From Trichoplax adhaerens (lineage: Eukaryota > Animalia > Placozoa), in the NCBI RefSeq assembly GCF_000150275.1, contig NW_002060949.1:2601836-2665835 (forward strand): a DNA stretch of 64,000 bases, read 5' to 3'. The notes below the pieces were generated by a model. It had not been told where the DNA came from. It saw only the letters and a program-made list of their open reading frames with translations, and ran no database searches. The position numbers were made by a program, and so were the translations under genes. Each line of letters begins with the position of its first letter. The first letter of the stretch is position 1. This document shows positions 1 through 15,590 of the stretch, piece by piece.

Positions 1-3000
1 AGCGTGGACGGAAATTTAGGTTTAACATATTCCTCACTCAAAATTTTAACATTAGGTTTCGCTACTGTTCTACCAAGAAACTCTGAAGAACCCTGATAAT
101 TAAAATGTACAGATTTAAGAAATTACGAACAAACGTCAATGTAGTAAAAATAGAATGAATATAATGCAGATCCACTATACGGTGTAATCTAGTATTTATC
201 ACGTGAAATAGATAAATATTGAGTATCAAACATAGTGGTGACCAATTGCAATTAATTAAAGGGCTCACCACAAGATCATTATCAAAGACATCAATAACGA
301 TGGTTCCAGGACTTTTAACAATATCTTCTAAAGTACCATATAAAACGATTGATCGCATTCTAATTGTCTCATCCCAAATTGGGCTCAAAGTTTCTCTAAT
401 TATTCTTGTTTCCACTGTTATGTTAGAATACATGATTCTAGCGAAAGGATCTAGATTCAATTTATAAATATGAAACAAAACAATTGTTGGTCAGTCATTA
501 CAAGCATATTTTGTGATTGATGTTTTTGTAAATAGGGTTGGCCCATTGTGTTTATGCATTAACTTTTAATTCCTACCAGAAAATCCTGATTTATCACAAG
601 CCGCTAAACTACGAGCTTGATAGAGATAAGCTCGTAGTTCGAATTTGTGTTCCTCAATATACTTGACAGACTTTGGCGGAACCAAAGAGAACTCATCTGC
701 ATTTTTTAACTGTTTAGAGAAATACGAGTAGATTTCGATATAATTATAAAGCACATTTTAAGTCGCAAATTCATACAAAAATAAAATTTTTCTTCATGCT
801 CATTGTACCTAACCTTATTTGTTAATTTATAACCTTTCGGTATACCACGGACATAATCTTTTTTGTGGGACTGCAAGCCGAGCCATAACATAAGGCGCAC
901 TCTAGCTTGAACAGTATTCTCATTAAATCCATAGCCCTTTTTGCCAGGTACCTAAAATGAATAAAATTTAATTAAATTAAGTATATTAATAACATGGCAA
1001 TATCTTGTTTAGCTTTACGTCGTTACATTTTAATACGCAACTACTACAGAGACGCTTCTTAGTGCAAAACTTGATTACAACATCATCGATATGTAGTAGA
1101 AAAATATTGCTGTATTACCCTGTGATAAAGTGTCTATTTAAAGTGAACACTTCCGTATCTTGAGAATAAATCAATTTATTACATAGATTACGTCTTCTAC
1201 TAAGTACCAAATTAGCTACGACTAACTGAACTTCGGAAATGAAATCTCGTACTTATATACTTTTGGTTATAGGGTATCATCAGGATACAGGGATCAATAT
1301 CTATCTTAATTAAGTTAGCATTTCGTTACTAGCGTATTTCAAGGTATGAAAGTCACCTAATACAGCATCCCTAACAACTACTACAATCTGCATTATAACT
1401 ACTAACACAAATACTCACTTATACAATCTTATATTCTACGATTTAGCACTCACAAGGGTATTCATCTGACTAATTAACACACGATTTACAATACTCGTAC
1501 AATCTTACAATCAATGTTTAAGATATACTTGGAGCTGCACTACATACCCGTAAAAAGAAAGAGGTCATCTTTCCACAGTCTATTCCCCGTTGGCATTCTA
1601 ACTCAGAGTGGATAATATCAGCAGCAGGTATCCTTGCGTAAGCGATTCGTTTACCACCAGCTATCATCCATAAGAAAACGTCCGGCAAGGCTTGTTGCGG
1701 CTATCAAATAAACAAAATCATCCACAATAACTATAGTATAGATGTCAACAGTAAGTGATTTAAATTACGTTACTCTATAGTGTAAGGTAACTGACATTTA
1801 AAGTAATGTTGATGCTAAAGTTTGAACTATTTGATTTCAGAAATTGTAATGCGGAGCAGTTAGAGCGGAATGAAGCATGGAAGAAATTAGTAAAGATTAC
1901 ACGAATTCGTTAGTTTACCGTATCAACCAAATTAGTCAATCTTTCTACCACTTGATGAAAGCTAGCTAGTTTTCCCTTAATATACACTAGGGTATCGGAC
2001 CGTTTACTTATTTCGTATGCTAAATTCGAAACGACAATCTTTGATTCCAAGGCAATCATTGGTTAATAGAAAGGTTCTTGATAGCGCTCTAAGATTAGTT
2101 AATTCAAGTTTGTCACATTTCTTACCATTTCGCGGCTGCACAATTTCATTCTAGCAATATCTAGATCTGTTATTCCTAATCGGTGGCTAATACTCTCATT
2201 TTTAAGCATGATAACCACTTGGCTAGCAAAGTGGATACCAATGAAATAAAGATGAGTGAAACCATATTGTACACAAATAAATTTAATTCTTTATAGAAAA
2301 TAAATCCTATAGCGCTACTCAAATTTAGAGCTAACTTGCATCCAGCAATTAATTCATCCAGGACGGCTCTAAAGTAATCAATAGTTCGTGCATCTTTATG
2401 CTTTGCCAGATCTTCTATTTCAACTAATCCACATAACTATTTTCCGTTTATTAATGGAGTAGAAAGGAACAGAAAATTTTGTTTTGATATGTAGTTAAAT
2501 TGTATTGATTGTCGGCTTATACAGTATTATTCTTTACTTACTAAAGAATGGCGAATCTTATCAATCATATTCGCCAAGTAAATCCTATACAGATGAGCAA
2601 GCCACTTGCTTTGAATATATAGACAAGGCTTCGTATTCTCCCAGGGTATGAAGAAATAAGTACTATGGCAACAGAGAAGATATTAGCGCTTTATTTGCAA
2701 ACTGTGAAAAGAAAATTACTATTCTAAATTGATTGGACGATATCGTACTCATCAAAAGAATCCGGCAACATTGGGTGTGTTGTTGCATGATGATATAGGA
2801 TATGTTCAGATCCATGATGCTCTTCAGCAGTGCTAACTACCGTGTGTGCGTCATCGGAGGCATTAAAATCGATCTCATTGCCATAATTACCTACATAAGT
2901 TTGTATGTAAGTGAGTTTAATCTATACAAAATGTAAGTCTTATAGACTTGTAACATACTGTGTTTTGAAATTAGAATAGGTGTAATATTGGAGTCTCACC

Positions 3001-6000
3001 AATAGTTACTTAGTACATGTACACTACGGTATTTACTTACCCATAGTTAGTTCCAATTCTACAGGTTTGTCACTATATTTTTTGTTTATCATACTACATT
3101 CTGATAATAACGCAAATAGTAAGAACCTTTCCTGTTTCCCAAGCAGTGTCTATGGTTGAAAAATAGATTTATTTAATCTCCAAGGTACGTATTTAACTAC
3201 CAAACGGATAAATATTTTAATATTTTACATTATTTATAACAACCTTAGGCAAGGCGGGAATTGACGAAACTTTATTACCACATGCTACCGATCCATGGTG
3301 CGTTTCACATAAATGGACCGTTAACGATATAACCAATCTCCCACGATATGCTGCACCTTCTCCCTAAACATGAGCAAATAAGAAAAGTTTTCCGCTTCAG
3401 AATAACTTTTATTGTGTCTAAATATAAGCTACGACAGGTATATCCATATTTATTCAATTAAAGGAGATACATACTTCGCCCTGATTTAGTTTGATATTTT
3501 CATCAAACATAGAAAAATCTCTAGTCGATCCATAGAGATAAATGCTTGTAGGTCCATATGTAGGCAGAAAACCTAAATTTGAAGATATATGCAATACGCG
3601 TATAACTTCTGATGATGTATGTATAAATGGCTAGCTTACACGATCGGAATTGTGTCTCCAATCTAACTATATAACATAACGTAGTTATAGCAGAGTCGAC
3701 GAATATCTCCTCAATGGCATGTTTAACGCCTTAGGCACAACATTTACCTTTAGATAATTTATTATAAGATATCTTGGACATTTCTATCACATGGGTAGCA
3801 ATAGGAACATCGGTTGCTACAGCATCACTACGAATACATAAGATTAAAGAATGACGTTGTTCATTATAACTTGAACTAAAATTGTTAATAATCATCTCGT
3901 GAGAAATTAGTATAAAATTTATAAGAAATCGGTGTAAAGAATTGCAGCAAAAAAGTTGTGGGAAAGTTACTAGAAATACCAAGTGGAATATAGTATAACT
4001 AATTGGTATCACGACTACCACTAGGCCGGTAGGATAGATCATGGTAGATTCGGGCTGATAATGTAAACATTATATAAGCGAGGACACGTTGTGAATTAGC
4101 TGCACGTTTAGATCAGATACTACTGCTTCTTTGCTCTACATCTACTCTTTAATTCGATCATTTAAGATCTTGCTTTCTACTAACTTTATCATTCAGAGTT
4201 AGAGGAGCGAGGTGTATTTCGCAACTACTATACGAATATTTCAACAATTAAACATTATGGAGTAAATATAACCATAGTGAAGTATAATATATCTTACGTT
4301 TCAAACGTAGCCTAACATGGTTATGAAGAATTAATTTCTTATTCGAAATAGCAAAGAATACACAGTAGTTTACAGTATTGCAAAAAAGCCGCAACATTTA
4401 AATACGTTTATATTACTATGAGTCTATACCTTAGTCTTTTAATATATACTCAAATATTAAATAATCGCTGAAAATACTTACCTATCTTTTATTTGAACTT
4501 TTGCAGTAGCACATAATGGCGGAAACTATTGGTTTGGTAATAATCATGAAGAAAATTTTAGTTCATGCTGTAACCCGATAATTATAAGACTGGCAATTTA
4601 TTTGGTTAATATGAAAACTATTTCATAAGACTGCTTACTAAATCAGTAATACAAATGCATTCGTTCCATATTGGTTTATAGGTATGTCTTTTTACAGGAG
4701 TTTTTACCTATATTGTAATTTAGGGACGAAATGCAACGATAAGTGTAATCAGATAAGTCACCAGAAATAACAGACTTTATCACAATGTACAGTAAAATTA
4801 ACTCACAGAATGCCCAAAAAAATTGACCTCAACGTAAGCATCTGTAAGTTCTTTCTTTGACTGTTGAAAGGTAATAAAACATAATCAAAAAAGTTAAATA
4901 ATTTTGGCTTAATATAATAGTAATATATGCTATTATTGAGGAGTCTTGCAATGTATAGTCGTAAAGATTAGCGATATTCTACGAAACCGCATAGGCAAAT
5001 CGCACCTCTCCGCGTGTGATAACTCGCTTGATATTTGGTAAAATACCACTATCCACTGATTACATGCGTGAAATAAAATAAGAAGCAATTAGCAGAAATC
5101 TGAGATTGCAGGCCAAAGTAATGACCGTTACACTGTATTTGCTTACTCTGTGGTAGACCATCTGCATAATAAATATTAAATTTATAATTCGCTCTAGCTC
5201 TGTCAGCGGAACCTCCATCCGGGCTCAGTAGGTTGCTAGTTTTATTTACAATCATATAGAATTAATATCATGTTAAAATTCAAATTAAAAGTATTTATAA
5301 TATATAATCAGTCACCTGTCAATGTCGTCTTCGTTCTTAACTTTCCCTGGGGTTGAAATACTCGTTCCACGTGCTATAACTGCAATGTCAACCTTTAAGT
5401 ATCCCTACACATTGACATTAAAATGGAAAATAATACTTAACGACAGATAATTATGATAGAGCGCATCTAGTTTTATTAGTTTCTCAATAATAAGCAAATA
5501 ATTTACTTTGCAAGAATTTGTATGATCGTGTGGATCGGTAAGATAGGCCCATTTACGGTAAAATTGATGATCTGATGATAAATTCAGGTATTAACAAGTT
5601 TATGAATATTATTATCTCATTCAAAGTACTGTTTCGACAGTAATAATCAAATTTTATTTATATTATAACAGCAATTACTTACCGGGCGCATTATATACTG
5701 TTTGAATGTCAAGCTGTAAAATTAAGGTGAACAGAATACGTTGAAAAGAGAATGCAAAAATTATTTGCAAAGTTAATTTAACCCACTAATGTACAGGATA
5801 CAATTACTAATCAAAAGTTAGACTACAACACACCTTATACATTCCAACTAAAGAATGAGATTTAAGTGATAATTTTCCGCCAGTTGAATTTACCTACATA
5901 TATATTCAAGTTAAGAAAGAAAACAATATACAGGATGTTAGCATAACGCTGACGATACTTTAAATACAAAATAGTAAAGTATAGTCAATGTTATTTTACT

Positions 6001-9000
6001 ATCTTACTTCAAGTAGAATCATTTTTTCCATCACTAAGGCATGAGGTATCTGATAGTCAAATACAAAAAACTAGAAAGGCAAGAGTATATAATAAAAGCA
6101 CTTTAGTAACAAGTTTATCTCAATTATAGACTCAAGTTATATGGTTGGTAAAATTGACAATCCAACAGTGACTATTTTATTTGCTACTACCTCATAATGT
6201 TATATACCTCATTATATAACGGACAATTTGTAGCTTCTTTGACGTTCGTCTTTTTCTTATCACTACCAACAGTAACATGAACTACAGGATTGATATTTAT
6301 ACCACTTAGTTGTCGAGCTTCGTGAATCCGGATGTTAACCTATGTATATACCGGGAAAGTATAAATATGTAAACCTATTAAAATTATTCATAAGTCATGA
6401 TTTCAACTTCTTTACGCCATATATATCCAAGTTTAACTATACGAGTAAATAACTTAGTTAGGAGTAATAGTAATATTTTTGTACAGTTCGTATACCTCGT
6501 AAGTTTGTGGTACAACAATCTTTCGTTCCTTCTCCAACTTTCCGAATGCATTATAAATCTCTCTATCAAAGTGATGATAAAAAATAATTAAAAAAAATGT
6601 GGCAGTTACGGACGAAGAACGATGCTCGTTCTATTCAGTTGTCTAGTTTAAGGATTATCGAAAATGCGTATTATCATACCTATGCCTCTGGGGGGCTTGC
6701 TGTTCTAGAGAAGGCGGATGAGGAACTTCCGGTAATTCGACAGGCTTACCGTGCTTAAAGCCAAAAATTTGATCATCTTCCGCTTCTGAATTTTCTGAAT
6801 CAGTCAGTTTATCACTATGACTGCTATTTCCATCGTTGTTACCCCTAAATGGTAGTTTACGTAATACCTTTCGTATGTTTGGACTGTTGATAAAATATAA
6901 AGATAAAATAAATATTCAAGTTATTTTAACATCAATATACATTTTCTTAAGTGAAAGATAGTTTAAGCTGTCTTTATAATGTACTAAACATTCTTTATTA
7001 TTACTAAGCATAAAGACTACGCTATTGCAATGCTTTGTAAAAATATCCACATTTTGAATTATCAGATCCCAAACTCACTGAAATTTAGCCGGAAATCTTC
7101 TACCGACTTCATTTGGTATGTCAGAAATTTCTGATTCTGCAAGATCTAGACTCGTAGCAGAATTCCTTCTTTTTACGTATGGTTCCACATGTGGGCCATC
7201 AAAGTGATCAACATAGCATATATTGCTATTTCCCGTACGTTTTTGTCCGCCAGGCGGTAAATAGTTTAATTCTAACACAATTAAGGAATTCTGTACATAG
7301 CGCAACATGGGTTAGGCACGTAAAATATTGTGACAATATCGAGCTACATTATATAATAATTAATTTAGAATATTAAATAGAACTGACGGCTATGGTAGGT
7401 TTGAATGTTACAGATCACATCTATACCATATATCAGTACAATAGCTATCAATCACACGCGTAGATTGTTATCATAACTAACCGGCAAGATTGCGTTGTTA
7501 ACATCTAAGAGATTTTCCGATAATTCAAGTTTTTCTTCTACAACTAAACTTCTCAATGATGTTTTAAATCTGCAGACAAACCTAGAACAAGCAAATAAGT
7601 GTTTTCTTTCCACAATTATATCATTCATGTTTAAGTAATTATAAAGTCCTGGAATCCTATGCAACAAAAATGCAATGATTACGGTTTCGTATTATGCGTA
7701 TCTACTATTTCTTACCTATTATGCATATGCTTTCGAAACTGATAGACTTTAATCTCAATAAAATCTTCTCGGTTAAGAGGACTGTTAAGCCTCCAATCTA
7801 AATCCTAAAGACGTACAGTGTATCAAGTGAGTTTATCACGTTAATGAAATATTAGTTATATAACAATTGCTCGGTTATAATTCAATTTATTAAGATGCAA
7901 TTAGTTCGAAAGCTTCTTACGCAATATATTATGTACTGGATGCATAGATGCTACGTTTGTTATCAGCAGTTTATAACCTGGTCTATCTGCCGTATTACAT
8001 ACGGCAGACAAGCATCTCAGCATGATCTTACCTGATTCCAATCTTCAACTGCATTTTGTAATATCGCAGTTTGCTCACTTTCACCTAAAATAAGGTGATC
8101 AATATAAAATTTAAAATCGCATCTTACACATAGTCATTTTTTGTATTTAAATGAATTACCAAGACCGTAAAGAGATTGATAATACGCGTAAAACTTCTTA
8201 CATTGGTAAATACAAGTCGTATAGTATGTATAATTTTCGTAACGTTGAAAGCATTAGAGTGTATTACTGTACCGTACATTATCGTTATAGCTCTAGTATC
8301 CTTGATTGACTATATATAGATCTTTACAATCCATATGTGTACAATGGCGTCAACATTATTGCAAAACATATGGTTGGTAGATGTTTATCGTGTACTACAA
8401 TATTTTACTTATTGAACTAGGTTGAAAAATACAGTAGAATAAATACAGCGTAGTCATGACGTAGGTCAGACGGTAACGATGAAGACATGATAGTAGCTGT
8501 AAGTAAATTTTTTTAAAACTAGCTGACCGTCAAACGCTATATTCTACTCCGATTACCGATATCTCTACGCGTATCTAAACATATCTGTGCAATCAGTCTA
8601 TGTAAACTGTTTATAAATGGTGTAAAAATGATCAAACAGCCTTCAAATTCAAAATAAAAAGACGACTTAATTGATTCACAACCGTTGCAAAGTCGTCTGA
8701 TTAGAATCTTGTTGTAACCCAAACAATAACCATGCTTGATAATATTAACGAAGCGTATATCGCTATTCAGGATATACATATACATTTACTCGTCGAATTA
8801 GCAAAATGGAATTCACCCGTTGTAGTCTCGCAGAAATATTAACTATTATTCCAGATGTAATAAGATAACATACTATGCTAATTTAAAATAAAAAAAGTTA
8901 AAAAATAGAAATCGCAGGGGACATGTACTAAAGGCTTAACGATTCCAGCACTACCATTGGAAATCAACTCTCGATTCCTACACCGACGTGGTTGAATTCC

Positions 9001-9120
9001 CTCCAAAGCACGCATTATTACCGTTCAATTATTATCTTTACCTCTAAATAATGCCCTAGCAAAATAGGTACATTGAGATTTGAGTGGTCCAATCGATTTT
9101 ATAGTTAAATATAAAGCCAT
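1..9120 (-). CDS. OTOF: Otoferlin (ferlin family), multi-exon; 5' part only, 3' end runs off the window start
   Basis: Exon 1 (9120-9042) reads [27 protein letters not shown], resembling the otoferlin C2A start (MALLIHLKTV...VTFRG). Later exons give C2B ([16 protein letters not shown]), C2C ([20 protein letters not shown]), FerB ([26 protein letters not shown]) and C2D ([28 protein letters not shown]). Introns are GT-AG. Confidence 0.9.
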
Positions 9121-9316
9121 TTCTTTCTTCTATACAAGGTTATTTCCTCCTATCAACAAGTAGTCACCAACAGCTAACTATTGGACATTGGTTCTTCTTC
9201 TCTTCCATATCTAGGAAATAGTCTACTGTATGCGACTGGATTGAGTATGGTATTTATGTACGTATTGCGTTTTTACCGGGGGCTTGCGCAGTTTAAACAG
9301 TGCGCATACAAGAAAC

Positions 9317-9640
9317 TGCGCACGTGCAGTGTACAGTACAGTACAGTACAGCGTAAAGTAGATACAGTACAGTAGCACAGTATGTACTGTACAGTACTGT
9401 ACTGTACAGTACAGTATTGTCCGTACATTACAGTACGGTACAGGACAGTAGACGTTTCAGCTGGATGATACAGTACAGTTCTGTACAGTACTGTATAGTG
9501 TATAATACTGTGTTCAGTACAGTACAGTACTGTAAATAGTCCATGGTCCGAGCATCCGACTCACGCTTGAAATGTAGTACTGCGCAAACTCGAACAGGAA
9601 ACTAAGGTAGCTAATATACACTGTATATTATACAGTAGAG
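9317..9640. promoter_or_regulatory. Bidirectional promoter OTOF/RSPH10B with ACAGT island
   Basis: Lies in the 568 bp between the divergent ATGs at 9120 (-) and 9689 (+). Dense ACAGT/ACTGT repeats and TACTGTACAGTA palindromes at about 9331-9535. NRF1-like TGCGCACGTGCA at 9317-9328. Confidence 0.7.
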
Positions 9641-9688
9641 AGAATCATGTGATCAATATTCACCAGTATCATAGAAACGGTAAACAAC

Positions 9689-12600
9689 ATGCCGGAGCAA
9701 ACGACGATGCCAGCGACCATTACTCAAAATCAAGATGACTCCAAAGAAGTTACAAATCCTGAAGAAAATGTAAAAGATACAGAAGAGAAACCAAACGAAC
9801 AGCTCCAACCAAAGCCGGATATAGATTTATACGATGAACCCAAGTTATCGGAAATCATTATCGAATAGTAAGTACTGTGATGATAGAAAATTTTCTCCCT
9901 TCGTTTGCTTATGTTGATATCGGATTTATCCAGTATACGTTGTACAGTATACACTCATATAGCAAAGATTTATGATATGAAGTATACGCTGCAAAATTTT
10001 TAGCTTCTATTGGATTTGCCTGATATTATAATTGAGATAGAATTATCATCGTGTCAGCTTGCATTTATATAGCAGATAGAATATACTGTACAATGTACAG
10101 AGTGTCCAGTACAATCAGTACGGTAATTGCTGCCTAATATGTTACGGTATGCAGTGATATGCCAAGTTAACTGCCAATGTGCGATAAATCTGCTCTATTT
10201 AGTTATGATGGCGAAAGACAGAAAGGCTTATTTCATGGATATGGTACGGCATATTTCATTGGAGGAAATATTTATCAGGTATGACATAAATGTGTGAGAT
10301 CAGCGCCATGCAAAATATACGAGTCGTATATGTAAAATAGAATGCATGGGCTGATATGGAGTGTTCGACGGTAACTGTTAGGGTAAATTTAGCAAATTAT
10401 TAAAAATCAGATTTAGTTTCATTATGTAACAAAATAAGCATAAGGCAAACCTTTAACATTAAGAAAAGTATTTACAAAGCGTATAAAGACATCTATGATC
10501 ATTATATTTTAGGGAGAGTTTCATGAAGGAGAAATGCACGGAAGTGGTAGATACGTTTGGTATGATGGAGTTATTTACGAGGTCAACATAATTAGACATC
10601 TAATACTCTATACAAGTAGAACAGGAATTAACTTATTTAAATTAATATGTACCAATGTAAAATTTAAACATCGATATCGGTATAAAATGGACCGGAAATT
10701 TCTTATCAATTTACGGATGTAAATTAGTGAATGGATTTGAAATTTTGATGCAGTGTTATTAAACATTAGGGTGACTTTAATCGTAATGAAATTACGGGAG
10801 CAGGCAAATATACATGGACGGATGGGAGGTAATGTATTGCATATATGATTAATGATATATGATATTATACAAGCAAATTGATTGACTGATCTTCCTTCAA
10901 GATTAATGTTTTTCGCTTTTTTATCTCCTGTATTAGTCAATATGAAGGTGAAGTATACGCTGGTTTACGACATGGTAAAGGTTCTTATCGCAGCTCGTCA
11001 TGTCCCTCATCATACATAGGGCAGTGGATTCTTGGAAAGCGCCAAGGATGGGTAAAATGATTCACTATTTGTCAAACCTGATATCGATTTACGCCTGTAT
11101 ACCTTTTATCTAGAGTATTACATGTCCCTATTTCTTTTATGCTTTAATTAATAGGGAGTTATGTATTATGATGTTGATGGGCTATCTTATTATGATGGCC
11201 AATGGCAAGATAATAATCGACATGGATTTGGTGTTAGACGATATCGTTCCGGGAACGTTTATGAGGGCGAGTGGGAAGACGGCTTACGTAATGGAAAAGG
11301 CACAATGAGATGGTTAGATCAGAATGAAACTTATTCCGGCATTTGGAAAGATGGCGTTCAGGTAAAAAATAGCCTTTATGATGTGATAAGATTGATAGTG
11401 CACCGCACTTATTCCAACATTTCAATAACACATTATATAGCATAGTCTAGGCAGTTATGAATTGATTTAATATCTCTAATTTCTACATAAACCGATTTAA
11501 CATAAAAATCTTATCGCTCATAGCATGGTCATGGAGTACATACCTGGTTTGTTTCTAGAGCAGTTGATACACAGGTAAAGTAGTTTTTCCTCTATATCGC
11601 ATATGTGCTAATATCTTAACATTGTATCTGAGATATAATATTGCTATTTAAAGTGAATAGCTGGTAATTAATGATATTATTTTTATATCATTTCGTTTCA
11701 GTTTCCTGTTCGTAATCAATACATTGGCAATTGGCAACAGGGAAAACGTCATGGGTTTGGTGTTTTTCATTACGCAAAGTAAGAAATGTTCTGTTTACAC
11801 AAAAAAATTAAAATGCTTATGTCGGTAAATCATGATAAAATAAATAATTTTAATGTTTCCTCAGCGGCGCAAAGTATGATGGTCAATGGTCAAATAATAT
11901 GAAGCATGGAAAGGTAAATTTTAGCTATCTATCCTTAAGTCAGTTCCGTTATTTTATCTATTGATAAGTTACTTCAAGATCAGTTCTATGTAATAATAAC
12001 TTGCACTTGCATATCTTACCATCAAAAGGGAAAATTCTATTTTAAGAACGGAACAGTGTTCGATGGATCTTTTGAGGAAGATCACATGGTAGAATATCCA
12101 CTACATGAAGATCCCAATAACAGACCTAAATCTCCACTTGGTAGTCCCTCCAGACTAAAATCACCGCTAGGATCTCATACAGGTTAGCAGTGATAAAGAA
12201 TGGTTTCGAATAATTAACAAACATTCTGGTACTGTTATACGATGGATAGTTTCAGTACTAACAGTTTACTTATTATCGTCATAGATGAATCAATTGATGG
12301 AAGTTTCGAAAGTAATCTGTTGATAAATATTGAAAACTTACTAACTAGTACAGATGTATTCGATATGAAAGATGAGCTTGCGAAGGTAAAATTTAAACTC
12401 ATTTAGTTATCGAAAATTTTTATTACGGTACCAGATCTATAGCCCTGAGAATTAGTCTAATTTTGCAATTTATATCTTTTATCATTAAACTTAATGTTAG
12501 CTAAATAACAGCTTATCTTAGCTACAAAAGTTGGAAAATGTTATTAGTATTATTTTATATCAAAACTCGCATTTACCATATTTGATAACTAATTTACGTT

Positions 12601-15590
12601 CTTAACGTCTCTCAGATTCGCAACGTTATGTTGAGATACGTTAGTCCTTTGAAACGATTTTACCGCTTTTACTCACGTCTTGGGCACAGCGCTTCTGTTG
12701 ATAATACATTTTGTATGAGAAGATTTCAGGTAATCCGAGTGTTCCAAAGGTTAATAGTTCTATGTCAATGTTAGGACAAATTGAATGATTGGGTTAGAAT
12801 ATTTACATTGCTTAAAACTATTTCATCTTGTGAAATTTCTAGTTTTGGTGTTTCCTACGTGATTGCCACATACATCATTATGGATTAACATTAACGGATA
12901 TGAATCGAATTATAGGTAAATGTAATCATAGAAACTCGCAAAATGTATCAAAAGAGCTCTTTTCTTTTAAATTCTACGAGGTTTAGCTTATTTTTATGAT
13001 TATTGTTTAAGTTTAATGCAGTATTGTTATTCTAGCTAGAGCAATAAAATCTTATTTAATCATATCGATCTAGCAAATAATATTTCTGAGCTGGTTTAGT
13101 ACAGTTACAATTATTAAATGGATTATCATACATACTTTGTTAATTTTCCTATTAGAAAACTAAATTTGATTTATTAGCGCAATATATAGCAGTTTAAAAC
13201 TGGCCAAAATTTCAGTAGTAAGATGAGCTGACATTACGTCCACAATCTCCCTTTCAACTTGCAATTTCTAGCAAAACATACTAACAATCGCTCAGGAGGT
13301 GAGCATGATCCTAATCAGATACTTCTCATCCGAGATTATTTCGATGCTATTGCCATTTTAGCTAGCGCTATATATGGAGCAGAATTTAATGGGTAAGAGT
13401 TATAACAATATCAAATTCGTTAAGTTTTAATGCTATAATCAACTTATATAGCTTATTATACTTCTATATTAATCGGCATACTTTGCTACTGTTATGACGT
13501 TAATAGTGATCAAGATAAATTAGCTAAATGCTTACGGAAATTAATCACAGAAAATATTCTCAACAGTGCAACGCATGTTAAAGGTAAAGCTAAATTAATT
13601 ATAATAGGAAAATAGTTTTATTTTTCGATCTGGTCATTTGATACAGATATCGCGAAATCCATGATTAAAGATTTAACTTCACAGAGAATCATATGGATAA
13701 TAATCATTTTATGGTTCATTATAGGCCCGTTTCTGCATGATTCTCGTCGATCAACAACAGCTATGCAATTAATGCCGAGAACTCTAGAATTATTTCACAG
13801 TGTTTGCTTACATCGACAGGTAATTGCAACTAAAATTAATAGTAAGAAAATTTCCACGATATGATAACTACCCCAATCTTAATTTAATAACAGACAATCG
13901 CTTGGAGAATGATTACGATTTATAAAGTACTTGTATTGTTGTTTCTTCAACGTCCATCACCATTTCATGCTTTGCAAACTATTGATAGTAACATATACGT
14001 GGAAAAGCTAGCTACCTCTAGGCATAAATTGATAAATTTTCTTAAATTAAGCAAGATGTAAATTATTCTAATTTCTTACCTGTCCTATCATGTATTATGC
14101 CGTCTGATAACGAATTTTTAAATAGAATTAGACATACACACTTTACACAGTAATAATTATCAAACATTTTAAGATAGTTAATACAGTAAAAAAGTTACAA
14201 AGTTACAAACGATACTCTTATTAGATCAATGGTTCTATTCTTTAACCTAATTAAACTTTGCAATTAATTTTCATAAATATAGAATAACTCAAACGGCTTC
14301 ACCCTAAGAATGCGGACCTTCTTACTATTACTTAAAGTAAGTGAATTAGTTAAATTTCGAAATTATAAAATAGATATCGCTAATAAAGTAAATTTATGTC
14401 CTAAATACCTGGTTATAACGTGATTCTATAGGATTTAGGACTAATCGATGAGAATCTAACGGCAAAACATGTTATTGATATACTCGGTGCAAATAACCCT
14501 AATGCTCTACAAGATGGTGACTGTAATCTCGAAATTGAGGTAATGTAACTCATGATCGATAGGAGAATGAAACGTAACGTATATTGTTATTGGGAGCTGT
14601 AACTAACATTTATCGTTTCATTCATAATTGAGTTCTTCTATCAATTCTATTATTCTAGATGACCTTTTTAGAATTTTTCGAGGCTTTGGTATCATGCGCA
14701 CCTATTAGTATCCGCTTATCATCTGATCGAGAATCCATTGTAACTAGACCATCTACAGTTATGTCAGCTAGACCTTTGTCAGAGCCGGTTAACATGGATA
14801 TAGGAGCTCAAATGCAAATGGATACCTCAATTAATAGCATTACTAAAATCAACGAAACAACAGCCAACGATAACCAGACCATTCTACCGGTGGATGAAAT
14901 TAAAGAATCTGTTAAAACGAGTGAAAATAGTGAAGCACAAAAACCAGGCGATACGGCTTTACTAACTCCAGTACAATCAACTGATAGTCGGGCTGATTTT
15001 GTAGATGGCAAAAATCAAGTAAAGACAAATGCCATTACTCGAGATGATAGCATGGTATGTGCCTCATATATTTGTAATTTCATATTGTAATGGTTGATAT
15101 CATTGCACTAATCAATGTTATTGTCTATTTTAGCGCAACGCTAGTGGCATAGTCCGATCCGAATCAGGTCGAGAAATCTTTTCTGGTAAGTAAAATGTAA
15201 CTGTCTAATATATCGACAGAATTCTTTTATTTGTCGACGCGAGTATTTTATCAATAATATTAGTGTATTTGCAAACATATTACTTTTTAAACAAATGTAG
15301 AGCAAATTCTTGATGAACGAGCAATTAGTCAAATTAGACCATCTTATGAAACCCCAATGAGTGGAGCATCACAGATATCTGAATCGTTACTAGAAGAAGA
15401 TAAAGTAACTATGATTGCTAATCCAATTGGTACTATCCATTCCTCTGGTCGAGAATCTAACACTCACAGTTCGCCGGATGCTTATATTGCATGGGCTAAG
15501 AAGATTCACTTATTTTTTAATGAAAGACTATTTGTTGCAGCTGAACAGGCTAATCTAATTGTACACTCTATAAATATCGAAGATATATAA
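9689..15590 (+). CDS. RSPH10B: Radial spoke head 10 homolog B (MORN-repeat ciliary protein), multi-exon
   Basis: ATG 9689. YDEPKLSEIIIE is followed by tandem MORN repeats ([43 protein letters not shown]...QFPVRNQYIGNW) collinear with RSPH10B. C-terminal EIEMTFLEFFEALV. Stop TAA at 15588-15590. Confidence 0.9.
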
